Below, one piece after another: positions 28,001 through 37,321 of a stretch of DNA of 64,000 bases. Each line of letters opens with the position of its first letter. The stretch's first letter is position 1. A model generated the notes under the pieces. It saw only the letters and a list, made by a program, of their open reading frames with translations. It ran no database searches and was not told the DNA's origin. The DNA comes from Haliotis cracherodii (taxonomy: Eukaryota), in assembly GCF_022045235.1 (NCBI RefSeq), contig NW_027266286.1:20336001-20400000 (forward strand). Reading direction: 5' to 3'. The translations under genes and the position numbers were made by a program.

Positions 28001-31000
28001 CCTGACCCTGTCTTCACTCCAGCCTTACCCTGTCTACTGTACTGTCTCACCCCGTCTACACTCCTGCCTCACCCCGTCTACACTCCTGCCTCACCCTGTC
28101 TACACTCCTGTCTCACCCTGTCTACTGTACTGCCTCACCCTGTCTTCACTCCAGCCTTACCCTGTCTACTGTACTGCTTCACCCTGTCTACTGTACTGCC
28201 TCACTCTCTCTACACTCCTGCCTCACCCTGTCTACACTCCTGCCTCACCCTGTCTTCACTCCTGCCTCAACCTGTCTACTGTACTGCCTCACCCTGTCTA
28301 CTGTACTGCCTCACCCCGTCTACACTCCTGGCTCACCCTGTCTATTGTACTTCCTCACTCTGTCTACACTCCTGCCTCACCCTGTCTACTGTACTGCCTC
28401 ACTCTCTCTACACTCCTGCCTCACCCTGTCTACTGTACTGCCTCACTCTCTCTACACTCCTGCCTCACCCTGTCTACACTCCTGCCTCAACCTGTCTATT
28501 GTACTGTCTCACCCTGTCTTCACTCCTGCCTCACCCTGTCTATCGTACTTCCTCACTCTGTCTACACTCCTGCCTCACCCTGTCTACTGTACTGCCTGAC
28601 CCTGTCTTCACTCCTTCCTCATCCGGTCTACTCTACTGTCTCAGCCTGTCTATGTTCCTGCCTCACCCTGTCTTCACTCCTGCCTCACCCTGTCTACACT
28701 CCTGCCTCACCCTGTCTTTTGTACTTCCTCACTCTGTCTACACTCCTGCCACACCCTGTCTACTGTACTGCCTCACCGCATCTACACTCATGCCTCACCC
28801 TGTCTATTGTACTTCCTCACTCTGTCTACACTCCTGCCTCACCCTGTCTACTGTACTGCCTCACCCCGTCTACACTCCTGCCTCACCCTGGTTACTGTAC
28901 TGATCTTTACCAGTTGATTGTCCAGTGGAGTAAATTACGATTCTGCTATTCAGGAAGAACCACGACACCTTCGGTCTCAGTTGTTTCCAACTCCCCAGTG
29001 TTTCCAATTTCAACCAAAATCGAGAATTGTTTTCTCTGGCTTATTAATCTGCAAACAAATTCGAATTGTTAAATTATTCCTTCTTAAAAGAAATATATGA
29101 CTCTGTAATCAGAAAATCAGGATCAAGGCTTCTAAATTCTCGGTTGTTATCAAAGCATTCAGACAGGCACAATTTATACATCCCGTTGTTTCTTGAGCAC
29201 CATAGCATCTACAACCTAAAGGGTGTGCTATCAAAGGAATATCTTTTTCCGTGGCCAATTTCTTTTGCTAAATTCAATTAAGGTTGAAAAGAGATGAGGC
29301 CGAATCATTTCAGAAAGCTGACATCTGATTGGCTCAAGAACCCACACACCCTTCATGTAGACTGGCAGTCAGGGTTTGATCAGTGTTCACCTGGCACACC
29401 CTTCACATAGACAGACGGTCAGGGTTTGATCAGGGTTCACCTGGCACAACCTTCATGTAGACAGACAGTCAGGGTTTGATCAGTGCTCGCCTGGCACACC
29501 CTTCACATAGACTGGCAGTCAGGGTTTGATCAGTGTTCACCTGGCACACCCTTCACATAGACAGACGGTCAGGGTTTGATCAGTGCTCACCTGGCACACC
29601 CTTCACATAGACTGGCAGTCAGGGTTTGATCAGTGTTCACCTGGCACACCCTTCACATAGACAGACGGTCAGGGTTTGATCAGTGTTCACCTGGCACACC
29701 CTTCACATAGACAGACGGTCAGGGTTTGATCAGTGCTCACCTGGCACAACTTTCATATAGACAGACGGTCAGGGTTTGATCAGTGCTCACCTGGCAAACC
29801 CTTCCATGTAGATGTCCTCAGAGCTTGATGCAGGGTGGAAGTGTACCAGATGAAAACACCTGATTTTAATGAGATTAGAATAAAACTAGATCATTTTCAC
29901 TGTTCTTTTAAGATTGTAACAAGTGGCGATATCACCAGTACTTGAACTGGCTTTTGTGTTATATCTCAAATACAACCGGTCATCTTTTGGCATAGCATCT
30001 TTCCTTCCACGACTCAAAACTCAGGAAAACATCTTCTAATTTCATTTAATATGTAATGGGCTCACTTGGACAAGGCCACAATCTTGAAGACTGTTTTTTA
30101 ATTTCAAACTTAGGAATTAGAATATTTTCATGCTAATTCAGTGATCCAGAGAAGGAGCCCTAATTCCACCATTTCTACCAGCATCGCCCTTCTTTCTGCA
30201 TTAAAAATGGGGGCCAAAGGTGGCCCAGTCGTCTAAAGCGCAGCGATTCGCTGTGCAGAGTTGCGTCCCTAGGACATGCCAGAAACCTATAATCGTGGGT
30301 TCAAATCACGATTATGTTTCTAGGTTTGTCAGCACCATACCCGTGCTCGTGGGTTTCACCGAAGTGGTAAACGTCTGAGACCTGCATCACTTCAGGCTTT
30401 CCTCCCACATTAAGCTGACACCCCGTGATATAACAGTGATATAACTCACTCACTCACTCACTGCATTAAAGATGAGTTATTCATACTTCCTCCAGGATGA
30501 GTGTCTGGAGGAGACCCAGTCTGTAGACAACAACGGCCTGGTGGAGTACACTGGGCGCCGCCGGAAGCGTCTGTGTCTGGTCCTCGACTGTCTGATCCCT
30601 CACGACTTCAGCACCATGACGGCGGACCTCATCAACCTCCAGCACTACGTCATCAAGGAGAAGAAGCTCTCCGAGAAGGAAGCCATCGTCATCTTCTACG
30701 ACATTGTGCGTGTGGTTGACAGTCTGCATAAGGTCAGTTTGGACCCGATTCACACTAGCCAGACTGGTGATTGTGAACTGGCTGAAGAATCATGAACACT
30801 CCTGTACATAGACCAACTTTATTCCTTCGGTTCTCTCTTTCTTAGGCTTAAAAAATAAAAAAATTGGTTCTCAGGCAATGACTTTTGAAAATATAGTGCT
30901 GGTGGGCGGTGTTTATTTATTTATTTTTTGTCTTGTTGAAACAAGAATGTTACCAAATAAACACTTGTGTACCATCAACCTGGGAAAAGGCCCCCCTACA

Positions 31001-34000
31001 TAAACAAACATACAAACTCCTTTTGCTGCCATGACCATAACACGCGATGCGCAGTAAAGCAGTGCACATGTAAAGGGAAGTAACTGTGTGCTATATTGGA
31101 TTGCATTGTTTTTAAGTATTAGGATTTTTTAATTGTTTTGGAAAATGGAAATAAGAACGAAATGTGAGGCAATCTTTATGATGATGCGGGCGGTACCTGA
31201 GAACAAAGACTATTATTTTGTTAAGCCTTAATGCGACATTTAATCTTTTATCTATGATGATGGGTTAGAATACAATTTCACAACGAATATGTTTTTAGGT
31301 TTGTCAGCTACATACCCGAGCTTGTGGGCTTCACTGAAGATGTCAACGCCCACATTAAGATGACATGCCATGATGTAACTGGAATACTGTTGAGAGCGGC
31401 ATTAAACTCACTCACTCACTCACTCACTCACTCTCATGAGAGCCTATTATAATCCAGTAGTTCCCCAGGTTCAGGGATATACAATTGGTGGGTAGACATG
31501 CAATTGCTGGGTAGATATGCAATTGTTGTGTAGATAATGATTGCTGGGTAAATATACAGTTGCTGGTCAGACATGCAGTTGCTGGTCAGATATGCAATTG
31601 CTGGTCAGATATGCAATTGCTGGTCAGATATACAATTGCTGGTCAGATATGCATTTGCTGTGTAGATATACAATTGCTAGGTAGATATGCATTTGCTGGT
31701 CAGGTATACAATTGCTGGTCAGATATACAATTTCTGGTCAGATATACAATTGCTGGCCAGATATACAATTGCTGGGTAGATATGCATTTGCTGGTCAGGT
31801 ATACAATTGCTGGTCAGATATACAATTGCTGGTCAGATATACAATTGCTGGGTAGATATGCAATTGCTGGTCAGGTATACAATTGCTGGTCAGGTATACA
31901 ATTGCTGGTCAGATATACAATTGCTGGTCAGATATACAATTGCTGGGTAGATATGCAATTGCTGGTCAGACATGCAGTTGCTGGTCAGATATACAATTGC
32001 TGGTCAGATATACAATTGCTGGGTAGATATACAATTGCTGGTCAGATATACAATTGCTGGGTAGATATACAATTGCTGGGTAGATATGCAAGTGACTGGT
32101 GTTGCATGTTGTTGTCTGCAGAAGAACATCGTTCACCGAGACCTCAAGCTGGGCAACATGATGCTCAACATGCGGACTCGTCGCATCACCATCACCAACT
32201 TCTGTCTTGGCAAACACCTGGTGTCGGAGAGTGACCTCCTGCGTGATCAGCGAGGCAGCCCCGCCTACATCAGCCCTGATGTCCTCAGTGGTAGGCCGCA
32301 TTAAAAGAGTTAATATACATATTCAGTGAACAAATCATGGTTTAATTATACAGATTACCAGTATTCATACCAAGGTTCTGTCCGTCCGTCCGTCTGTCTG
32401 TCTGTCCATCTGAAAGCTTTGTCCGCGCGATTTCTCTTAAACTATTCAGTGGATTCATCTCAAACTTAGTACATATAATCTGGTGATCATGGTTCACGTA
32501 CCACTAACGTCCTGTGCGACACAACCCCAGCGACCTGATCACCTGACATGTCCAGCACCCTCATTCTCATTTCTGTTGCTATGGTGTTCGGACGTTATAC
32601 TTGAACAGAGAAATTTTTATTATTATTTTTTTTATTTATAAAATTTAGATATACGACTTCACTTTTTAAGTTTACCATAACCACTAAGAGTGTGTGGTAT
32701 TAATAACAATGTCACAGTCTGAGATAGGATAAGTATATAAATATACAATTTATTAGAAAATTTACAAATTCTAAAGAACACATGTAGACATCGTAATGAA
32801 TGCCCTGGGGCACACGTTCTATCCAGGGGCGGTCGGGTAGCCTAGTGGTTAAAGTGTTCTCTCGCCCCACCGAAGACCCGGGTTTGATTCCCGGGTACAA
32901 TGTGTGAAGCCCATTTTTGGTGCCCCCCGCCGTTATATTGCTGGAATGTTGCTAAAAGCGGCGTTAAACCATACTCACTCACTCTCTCTCACTTTCTATC
33001 CCGGAATCAGTTTTCCTGTTACTAATTCATGTTTTATCCATGACATTCACAAGTGTCGGCGTCTTGTTGTCAGGCAAGCCCTACCTGGGCAAACCAAGTG
33101 ACATGTGGGCTCTCGGGGTGGTGCTGTTCACCATGTTGTATGGCCAGTTCCCCTTCTACGACAGTCTGCCCACGGAACTCTTCAGGAAGATCAAGTCTGC
33201 AGAGTACAGCATACCCAAGTAAGTCTCTGGAATGGGTGAGCTGTGTGCAGTGCAGTACATACACACACCCTGTGCACTCAAAACAACCCACTCCTCCAAT
33301 GGTAGATGACCAGATGGTGGAAACATGAATATGTACATACACCCGAAACACAGGTGTCAACACGTGTGGTGTCCCCTAGGGCAAGTGACTTAGTTCACAT
33401 ATGGGTATGGGTACCCAATATATGAGGTGGATGTAAAAATCTTCCAGTGCCCCTGGGCAACTTGGGTTGTATACACCCCAGGGAGTTGAGAATGATAACT
33501 GGAAAGCGAACAGATCCACTGGTCAGGGAACAAATAAAACCGCATTTAAGCAGATACTGGTACATGGACACCTGCGGTATAGTATAGTATAGTATAGTAT
33601 AAAGTGAGCTGTATAGTATAGTATAGTATAAAGTGAGCTGTATAGTATAGTATAGTATAGTATAGTATAGTATAGTATAGTATAGTATAAAGTGAGTGGT
33701 TGCGAGCATGGGACTGTTAACAGGGAACTAGGCCCGTGAAGATTCGGGGTAGAATAGGTCTTCAGAAACCCATGCTTGCTGTAAAAGGTGACTGTGCTTG
33801 TTGGTAGAGGCAACTAACAGGATCGGGTGGTCAGGCTCACTGACGTGGTTGATGCATGTCATTGTATCCCAATTGCGTGGATCTATGCTCATTATGTCAA
33901 TCACTGGATCGTCTGTCCAGGCTCAATTATTTACAGACTGTCGTCATATAGCTGGAATATTGCTCAGTGTGACGTTAAAAAACAAACAAAACCAATTTTG

Positions 34001-35928
34001 TTCTACTACCAGGCGACTTGTGCTGGAAATATGATGTAAATATTCTTCGGACTTCTTCTCTTCAGAGTTAAGCCTAAGTGTTGTGTATGTTCGGAGTTAA
34101 GCCTGAGTGTTGTGTATGTTCGGAGTTAAGCCTGAGTGTTGTGTATGTTCGGAGTTAAGCCTGAGTGTTGTGTATGTTCGGAGTTAAGCCTGAGTGTTGT
34201 GTATGTTCAGAGTTAAGCCTGAGTGTTGTGTATGTTCGGAGTTAAGCCTGAGTGTTGTGTATGTTCGGAGTTAAGCCTAAGTGTTGTGTATGTTCGGAGT
34301 TAAGCTTGAGTGTTGTGTATGTTGTCAGTGATGGCCGGGTGAGCAAGGCAACAGTGCTTGTGATCCAGAGACTACTGGTGCTGGAACCACAGACTCGGAT
34401 GACTGCCGGTCAAGTCCTGGATGACCTCGGGACAATCATTGCCACATGGTACGTACAGCAACTTGATGCAGCTGCCTGTACAACACAGCAATACCTAATC
34501 TCTACCTGTACAACACAGCAGTACCTAATCTCTACCTGTACAACACAGCAGTACCTAATCTCTACCTGTACAACACAGCAATACCTAATCTCTACCTGTA
34601 CAACACAGCAATACCTAATCTCTACCTGTACAACACAGCAATACCTCATCTCTACTTGTACAACACAGCAGTACCTAATCTCTACCTGTACAACACAGCA
34701 ATACCTAATCTCTACCTGTACAATACAGCAATACCTAATCTCTACCTGTACAACACAGCAATACCTAATCTCTACCTGTACAATACAGCAATACCTAATC
34801 TCTACCTGTACAACACAGCAGTACCTAATCTCTACCTGTACAACACAGTAGTACCCAATCTCTACCTGTACAACACAGCAATACCTAATCTCTACCTGTA
34901 CAGTACAGCAATACCTAATCTCTACCTGTACAACACAGCAATACCTAATCTCTACCTGTACAATACAGCAATACCCAATCTCTACCTGTACAAAACAGCA
35001 ATACCCAATCTCTACCTGTACAATACAGCAAATTTAAACAGTTTTTAGGGACTGGTAATTTTTTATACGGAGAGGGTGGGTGGCTAGTCTTAAAAAAAGA
35101 GAGCCCTGTCTGTCAGTGTCTTACATGTTTTCAACATTCCCTCCCAAGGAGAGCCCTGTCTGTCAGTGTCTTACATGTGTTCAACATTCCCTCCCAGGGA
35201 GAGCCCTGTCTGTCAGTGTCTTACATGTGTTCAACATTCCCTCCCAAGGAGAGCCCTGTCTGTCAGTGTCTTACATGTGTTCAACATTCCCTCCCAAGGA
35301 GAGCCCTGTCTGTCAGTGTCTTACATGTGTTCAACATTCCCTCCAAAGGAGAGCCCTGTCTGTCAGTGTCTTACATGTGTTCAACATTCCCTCCAAAGGA
35401 GAGCCCTGTCTGTCAGTGTCTTACATGTGTTCAACATTCCCTCCCAAGGAGAGCCCTGTCTGTCAGTGTCTTACATGTGTTCAACATTCCCTCCAAAGGA
35501 GAGCCCTGTCTGTCAGTGTCTTACATGTGTTCAACATTCCCTCCCAAGGAGAGCCTTGTCTGTCAGTGTCTTACATGTCAACATTCCCTCCCAAGGAGAG
35601 CCTTGTCTGTCAGTGTCTCACATGTTGTCAACATTCCCTCCCAAGGAGAGCCCTGTCTGTCACTGGACCAAATCAACAAGTGCCAGAGAACCCACCCTCC
35701 AAGCCGGACCACCCTCCTGCCCTGCCAGTCCTGACCCAACCAAGTGACCTGGAGGTGAAGCTGCACCAGCTACAGTCCGACTCCCAGAATGAGGCCAAGG
35801 CTCAGAAAGTTCACATTGTGAGGAAAAGGCCAACTAATGCTCAACCCACAGTGAGGAGAATGAATGTTGATGCCATGCCGTTAACAGCAGACGAACTCCG
35901 TGCTCACCAACACCTTCTGCCAAAATGA
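3788..35928 (+). CDS. STK40: Serine/threonine-protein kinase 40 (Tribbles-related pseudokinase); join(3788..4001,25626..25711,27545..27679,30496..30732,32122..32290,33074..33218,34329..34448,35646..35928), 462 aa
   Basis: All introns are GT..AG with consistent phases (1389 nt including the stop). The translation matches STK40 as I recall it throughout: AGPYMLGPRLGSSPVRSIVQCLARK, QGKMLMHTEYSLLSLLH, LCLVLDCL, NLQHYVIKEKKLSE, HRDLKLGN, ITNFCLGKHL (NFC in place of DFG), DQRGSPAYISPDVLSG, KPSDMWALGVVLFTMLYGQFPFYD, and a C-terminal QVPE (COP1-binding VP motif). Confidence 0.97.
4283..4454 (+). mobile_element. SINE family B
   Basis: TSD ctacctacttaa. Confidence 0.92.
5857..6018 (+). mobile_element. 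SINE family B (tRNA-derived, ~160 nt)
   Basis: A box tagcctagtgg, B box ggttcgattc, (ACTC)n tail, TSD ttcagtagcatct. Confidence 0.93.
6636..6917 (-). mobile_element. SINE family C
   Basis: TSD gacagatgtt. Confidence 0.92.
7298..7461 (-). mobile_element. SINE family B
   Basis: Homology. Confidence 0.9.
7754..8098 (-). mobile_element. Same Tc1/mariner-type MITE family, inverted copy
   Basis: Same TIRs, TA TSD, internal homology to 3318-3687. Confidence 0.88.
8990..9477. repeat. 42-nt minisatellite, about 11.5 copies
   Basis: Unit catggcaatactgtcacaatgttatatcaatcatggtgtaac. Confidence 0.93.
9596..10254 (-). CDS. PHYHIP-like copy 1, terminal exon (PHYHIP C-terminal domain)
   Basis: taacag| acceptor, 219-codon ORF carrying all family motifs. 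Confidence 0.93.
9596..15113 (-). CDS. PHYHIP/PHYHIPL-family protein (FN3-like N-terminus plus PHYHIP_C domain), nested in STK40 intron; model complement(join(9596..10254,11452..11734,12584..12654,13136..13421,15102..15113)), about 436 aa
   Basis: Phases are consistent (1311 nt). The last exon has PHYHIP_C motifs: FRNK, YIKDRNGDPHSPIN, GLFFS, SYYGNRR, YFTDFYC, HYVTVV, EVLYTE, terminal CAICNL. Exon 11452-11734 has LPPRQTY (compare PHYHIP FN3 LSPRTEY). Exon 13136-13421 is beta-rich (KLTVSW). The small exons 12584-12654 and 15102-15113 were chosen on splice signals and phase only. Confidence 0.75.
10401..10680 (+). mobile_element. SINE family C (tRNA-derived, ~280 nt)
   Basis: A box tggcccagtcgtctaagg, B box ggtttgaatcc, TSD ttctggactagta. 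Confidence 0.92.
11270..11431 (+). mobile_element. SINE family B
   Basis: TSD ctataatgttga; about 20 nt from a splice donor of the nested gene. Confidence 0.93.
11452..11734 (-). CDS. PHYHIP-like copy 1 internal exon (degenerate FN3)
   Basis: caacag|GATGAT acceptor, TCAG|gtattg donor; phase 1 joins the terminal exon in frame. Confidence 0.8.
12070..12421 (-). mobile_element. SINE family D (tRNA head, Meta/MESC-type central domain)
   Basis: TSD ccacagtataaata; central ataccaaaa...aaaagatggtacttgttg...gcattaagg resembles the MetaSINE domain from memory; (CACCT)n tail. Confidence 0.88.
12584..12654 (-). CDS. PHYHIP-like copy 1 putative small linker exon (GTEVSLSLSKTKIPLESVMFFQKL)
   Basis: ttatag| acceptor, CTG|gtaagc donor; supplies the phase 1-to-0 change needed between the flanking exons. 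Confidence 0.5.
12873..13063 (+). mobile_element. SINE family A, truncated, inside a small TIR element (about 12777-13084)
   Basis: Homology; flanking gctttgtg duplication. Confidence 0.8.
13136..13421 (-). CDS. PHYHIP-like copy 1 upstream exon (beta-sandwich-like)
   Basis: ctctttcag| acceptor, ACAG|gttgat donor, open 95 codons. Confidence 0.7.
13530..13915. repeat. ATTGATT/GATCAGT minisatellite (also 16251-16432, 18946-19110, 21393-21575), marking the duplication junctions
   Basis: Direct reading. Confidence 0.9.
14197..14454 (+). mobile_element. SINE family A (duplicated with the segment at 16718-16974 and 19396-19653)
   Basis: Homology; the three copies share private variants. Confidence 0.9.
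14700..15092. repeat. 14-nt minisatellite (CCAACACTAGCACT)n (also 17595-17793, 20275-20458)
   Basis: Direct reading; it begins about 10 nt inside the intron following the MSDS exon (- strand). Confidence 0.92.
15102..15113 (-). CDS. Putative start-codon exon end (MSDS) of PHYHIP-like copy 1; identical copies at 17803-17814 and 20468-20479
   Basis: agcATGTCGGACAGT|gtaagt: A at -3, perfect donor, phase 0 as required by exon 13421, in-frame stop upstream. Confidence 0.55.
21952..23349. mobile_element. Tc1/mariner-type MITE with nested insertions (SINE, hairpin-ended element)
   Basis: TIR pair cagtaaactacggttataacaaact / agttcgttataagcatagtttactg. Confidence 0.55.
22087..22254 (+). mobile_element. 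SINE family B
   Basis: Homology. Confidence 0.9.
23437..23793 (+). mobile_element. SINE family D
   Basis: Full length, imperfect TSD cttta(t/a)aagacgg. Confidence 0.9.
24262..24375 (+). mobile_element. SINE family B, 3'-truncated
   Basis: Homology. Confidence 0.85.
24891..25092 (+). mobile_element. SINE family A, degenerate
   Basis: Homology. Confidence 0.75.
25626..25711 (+). CDS. STK40: STK40 coding exon 2 (GPRLGSSPVRSIVQCLARKEDTDEFYTIK)
   Basis: ttgcag| acceptor, AAG|gttagg donor; too short to appear in the ORF track. Confidence 0.95.
25724..26931. repeat. 50-nt minisatellite, about 24 copies
   Basis: Unit cttgtgctgtgtcaccgatagaagtaactgtaaacatgtaaggcaacgtt; starts about 13 nt after the exon 2 donor. 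Confidence 0.95.
27060..27198 (+). mobile_element. SINE family B, old degenerate copy
   Basis: Homology. Confidence 0.7.
27545..27679 (+). CDS. STK40: STK40 coding exon 3 (ILTMEDPE...HHHGLFK)
   Basis: ttccag| acceptor, AAG|gtgctc donor; strong homology. Confidence 0.95.
27684..28901. repeat. 22-nt pyrimidine-rich minisatellite with two interspersed variants
   Basis: Units cctcaccctgtctactgtactg and cctcaccctgtctacactcctg; starts within about 10 nt of the exon 3 donor. Confidence 0.93.
29345..29810. repeat. 50-nt minisatellite, about 9 copies
   Basis: Unit cctggcacacccttcacatagacagacggtcagggtttgatcagtgttca. Confidence 0.93.
30209..30460 (+). mobile_element. SINE family C
   Basis: TSD ctgcattaaa; ends 35 nt before STK40 exon 4. 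Confidence 0.9.
30496..30732 (+). CDS. STK40: STK40 coding exon 4 (DECLEE...VVDSLHK)
   Basis: ctccag| acceptor, AAG|gtcagt donor. Confidence 0.95.
30845..31227. mobile_element. Probable PIF/Harbinger-type MITE
   Basis: Ends ggcttaaaaaa / ttgttaagcc with TTA flanks and internal inverted ttctcagg/cctgagaa. Confidence 0.55.
31289..31433 (+). mobile_element. SINE family C, partial
   Basis: Homology. Confidence 0.75.
31476..32092. repeat. 19-nt minisatellite
   Basis: Unit agatatacaattgctggtc; ends about 30 nt before the exon 5 acceptor. Confidence 0.93.
32122..32290 (+). CDS. STK40: STK40 coding exon 5 (KNIVHRDLKLGN...SPDVLS-G)
   Basis: ctgcag| acceptor, G|gtaggc donor; catalytic loop and NFC motif. 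Confidence 0.96.
32826..32992 (+). mobile_element. SINE family B
   Basis: TSD ttctatcc. Confidence 0.9.
33074..33218 (+). CDS. STK40: STK40 coding exon 6 (KPYLGKPSDMWALG...EYSIP)
   Basis: tgtcag| acceptor, AA|gtaagt donor. Confidence 0.96.
33577..33690. repeat. (TATAG)n microsatellite
   Basis: Direct reading. Confidence 0.9.
33733..33991 (+). mobile_element. SINE family A
   Basis: Homology, near full length. Confidence 0.9.
34065..34323. repeat. 29-nt minisatellite, 9 copies
   Basis: Unit gagttaagcctgagtgttgtgtatgttcg; runs into the exon 7 acceptor. Confidence 0.94.
34329..34448 (+). CDS. STK40: STK40 coding exon 7 (DGRVSKATV...IIATW)
   Basis: tgtcag| acceptor, TG|gtacgt donor. Confidence 0.93.
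34475..35030. repeat. 30-nt minisatellite, about 18 copies
   Basis: Unit cctgtacaacacagcaatacctaatctcta; starts about 27 nt after the exon 7 donor. Confidence 0.95.
35099..35662. repeat. 50-nt minisatellite, about 11 copies, containing the STK40 terminal splice acceptor and exon start
   Basis: Unit gagccctgtctgtcagtgtcttacatgtgttcaacattccctcccaagga. Confidence 0.95.
35646..35928 (+). CDS. STK40: STK40 terminal coding exon (RALSVTGPNQQVPE...HQHLLPK*)
   Basis: Acceptor ccctcccaag|G restores W-RALSVTGP (compare vertebrate W-QSLSSLSGP). C-terminal PTVRRMNVDAMPLT resembles STK40 PPVRRLGHDAQPMT. The exact acceptor is ambiguous because it is tandemly repeated upstream. Confidence 0.85.
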
Positions 35929-36178
35929 CACAAGTAGGTGTCTGTGTTCACTGCAGTCTCCGTCAGCTTTCAGTACTATGAGGTATTTAGTGTGGGAAAT
36001 GTATTTGAATGCAGATTTGGTGTTATTCCATATCAGTTCATTACTGATCATGCTTGTCTATGAGGGCAGTGTCCCCGCTGGCTTTTGAAACTGCCAGTCC
36101 TTGTGGACTAGCAACTCTAAAAATTACCAGTTCCCCAAATTTCAACAAATAAAAAAACGTATGAAAATTATTTGGTTA

Positions 36179-37321
36179 CAGTCAAGTCTCGTTAATCCGA
36201 CACTCGTTAATCCGACACTCGGCTTTATCCGACACAAATGATGGGAACCGATTGATTCAGTGCTATTTAGTCCCGTTAATCCGACATTCTCGCACTCCGA
36301 CTCCGACACACCTAATTTGCAACGAATTACCGAAATCACTCATTAATCAGTCTCGTTAATCCGACACAGTGGTCAGCGTACTCCGTGGTCATCTGACCGC
36401 GAGTACACAACCCCGTGTTTTGACACGCACTGGCTGCAGAGATTAACTTAACAATTAACAGGAAAAGCTATTCAAACCTGTATGTACAAAGCTATACAAA
36501 TGTAGTTTACAAATTGAAGCCAGATAAATGTGCATGAAGCCAGTTTAAAATACGAACAGGTATATAAAACATGGTCGACTCACCATGGTCGACTGGTATG
36601 TAAACAAGAAAGCATGGATGACTTCATTAATATTCAAAGCCTGGCTACTGATCTTGGATTGGCAAATGCGATTGGAGCAACGCCACGTGGTATTGCTGTT
36701 GGACAACGCCCCATCCCATGCTACTGTCGACATAACTAATGTGAAATGTCACTTTTTGCCACCAAACACTACATCGCACATTCAGCCACTAGATGCCGGG
36801 ATCATTAAGAATTTCAAGCTTTATTATAAGAAACAGCAAATGAAATTACACCTCGACAATGTTGATGCTGAAGAACCACAAGCCCTAGACGTCAAGCGAG
36901 CAGGGGACTTGGGGGAGAAATGTGCCTTCAAAATGTTAGAAACAGAAAACACTAACAGACTATTTTAAGTAGATGAAGCAAGTTGTTAAGACAGTAGCAC
37001 TTTCATTTACAAGAGGAAACGTGTGTCGTTGATCATGTGATATATTCAGTGAGTAATGTCTCTATTGTTATGTATAAATGGGAAAATTATTATTATTTTT
37101 GCACAGTCATTAATTATAAATTAAGGAATGAATGAATAAACGACATAACAATATTAATATTTCGTTTTTAATGATTTTATTACAAGGTACACACGGTTAT
37201 TATCTATCGTGAAGACGCCCGTTTTTCGATCACAAATCACTTAATTTCGTTAATCCGACATACTCGTTAATCCGACACAATCATGTGCAACCAACGATGT
37301 CGGATTAACGAGACTTGACTG
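36179..37321 (+). mobile_element. Internally deleted pogo/Tigger (Tc1/mariner superfamily) DNA transposon
   Basis: 24-nt TIRs cagtcaagtctcgttaatccgaca / tgtcggattaacgagacttgactg, TA TSDs, and subterminal gttaatccgaca repeats. Confidence 0.95.
36585..36968 (+). pseudogene. DDE_1 (CENP-B/pogo) transposase fragment
   Basis: NKKAWMT, LLLDNAPSH, FLPPNTTSHIQPLDAGII motifs; HTH region absent. Confidence 0.92.

Noticed and set aside
27485-28903. 472-aa ORF with a long Cys/Pro/Leu-rich tail
   Set aside because: Only 27545-27679 is STK40 exon. The rest is read-through into a stop-free 22-nt minisatellite. Intron retention at the weak GTGCTC donor cannot be excluded, but nothing supports it.
31560-35075. 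Long repeat ORFs (31560-32234, 34252-34851, 34656-35048)
   Set aside because: Minisatellite translations overlapping real STK40 exons.
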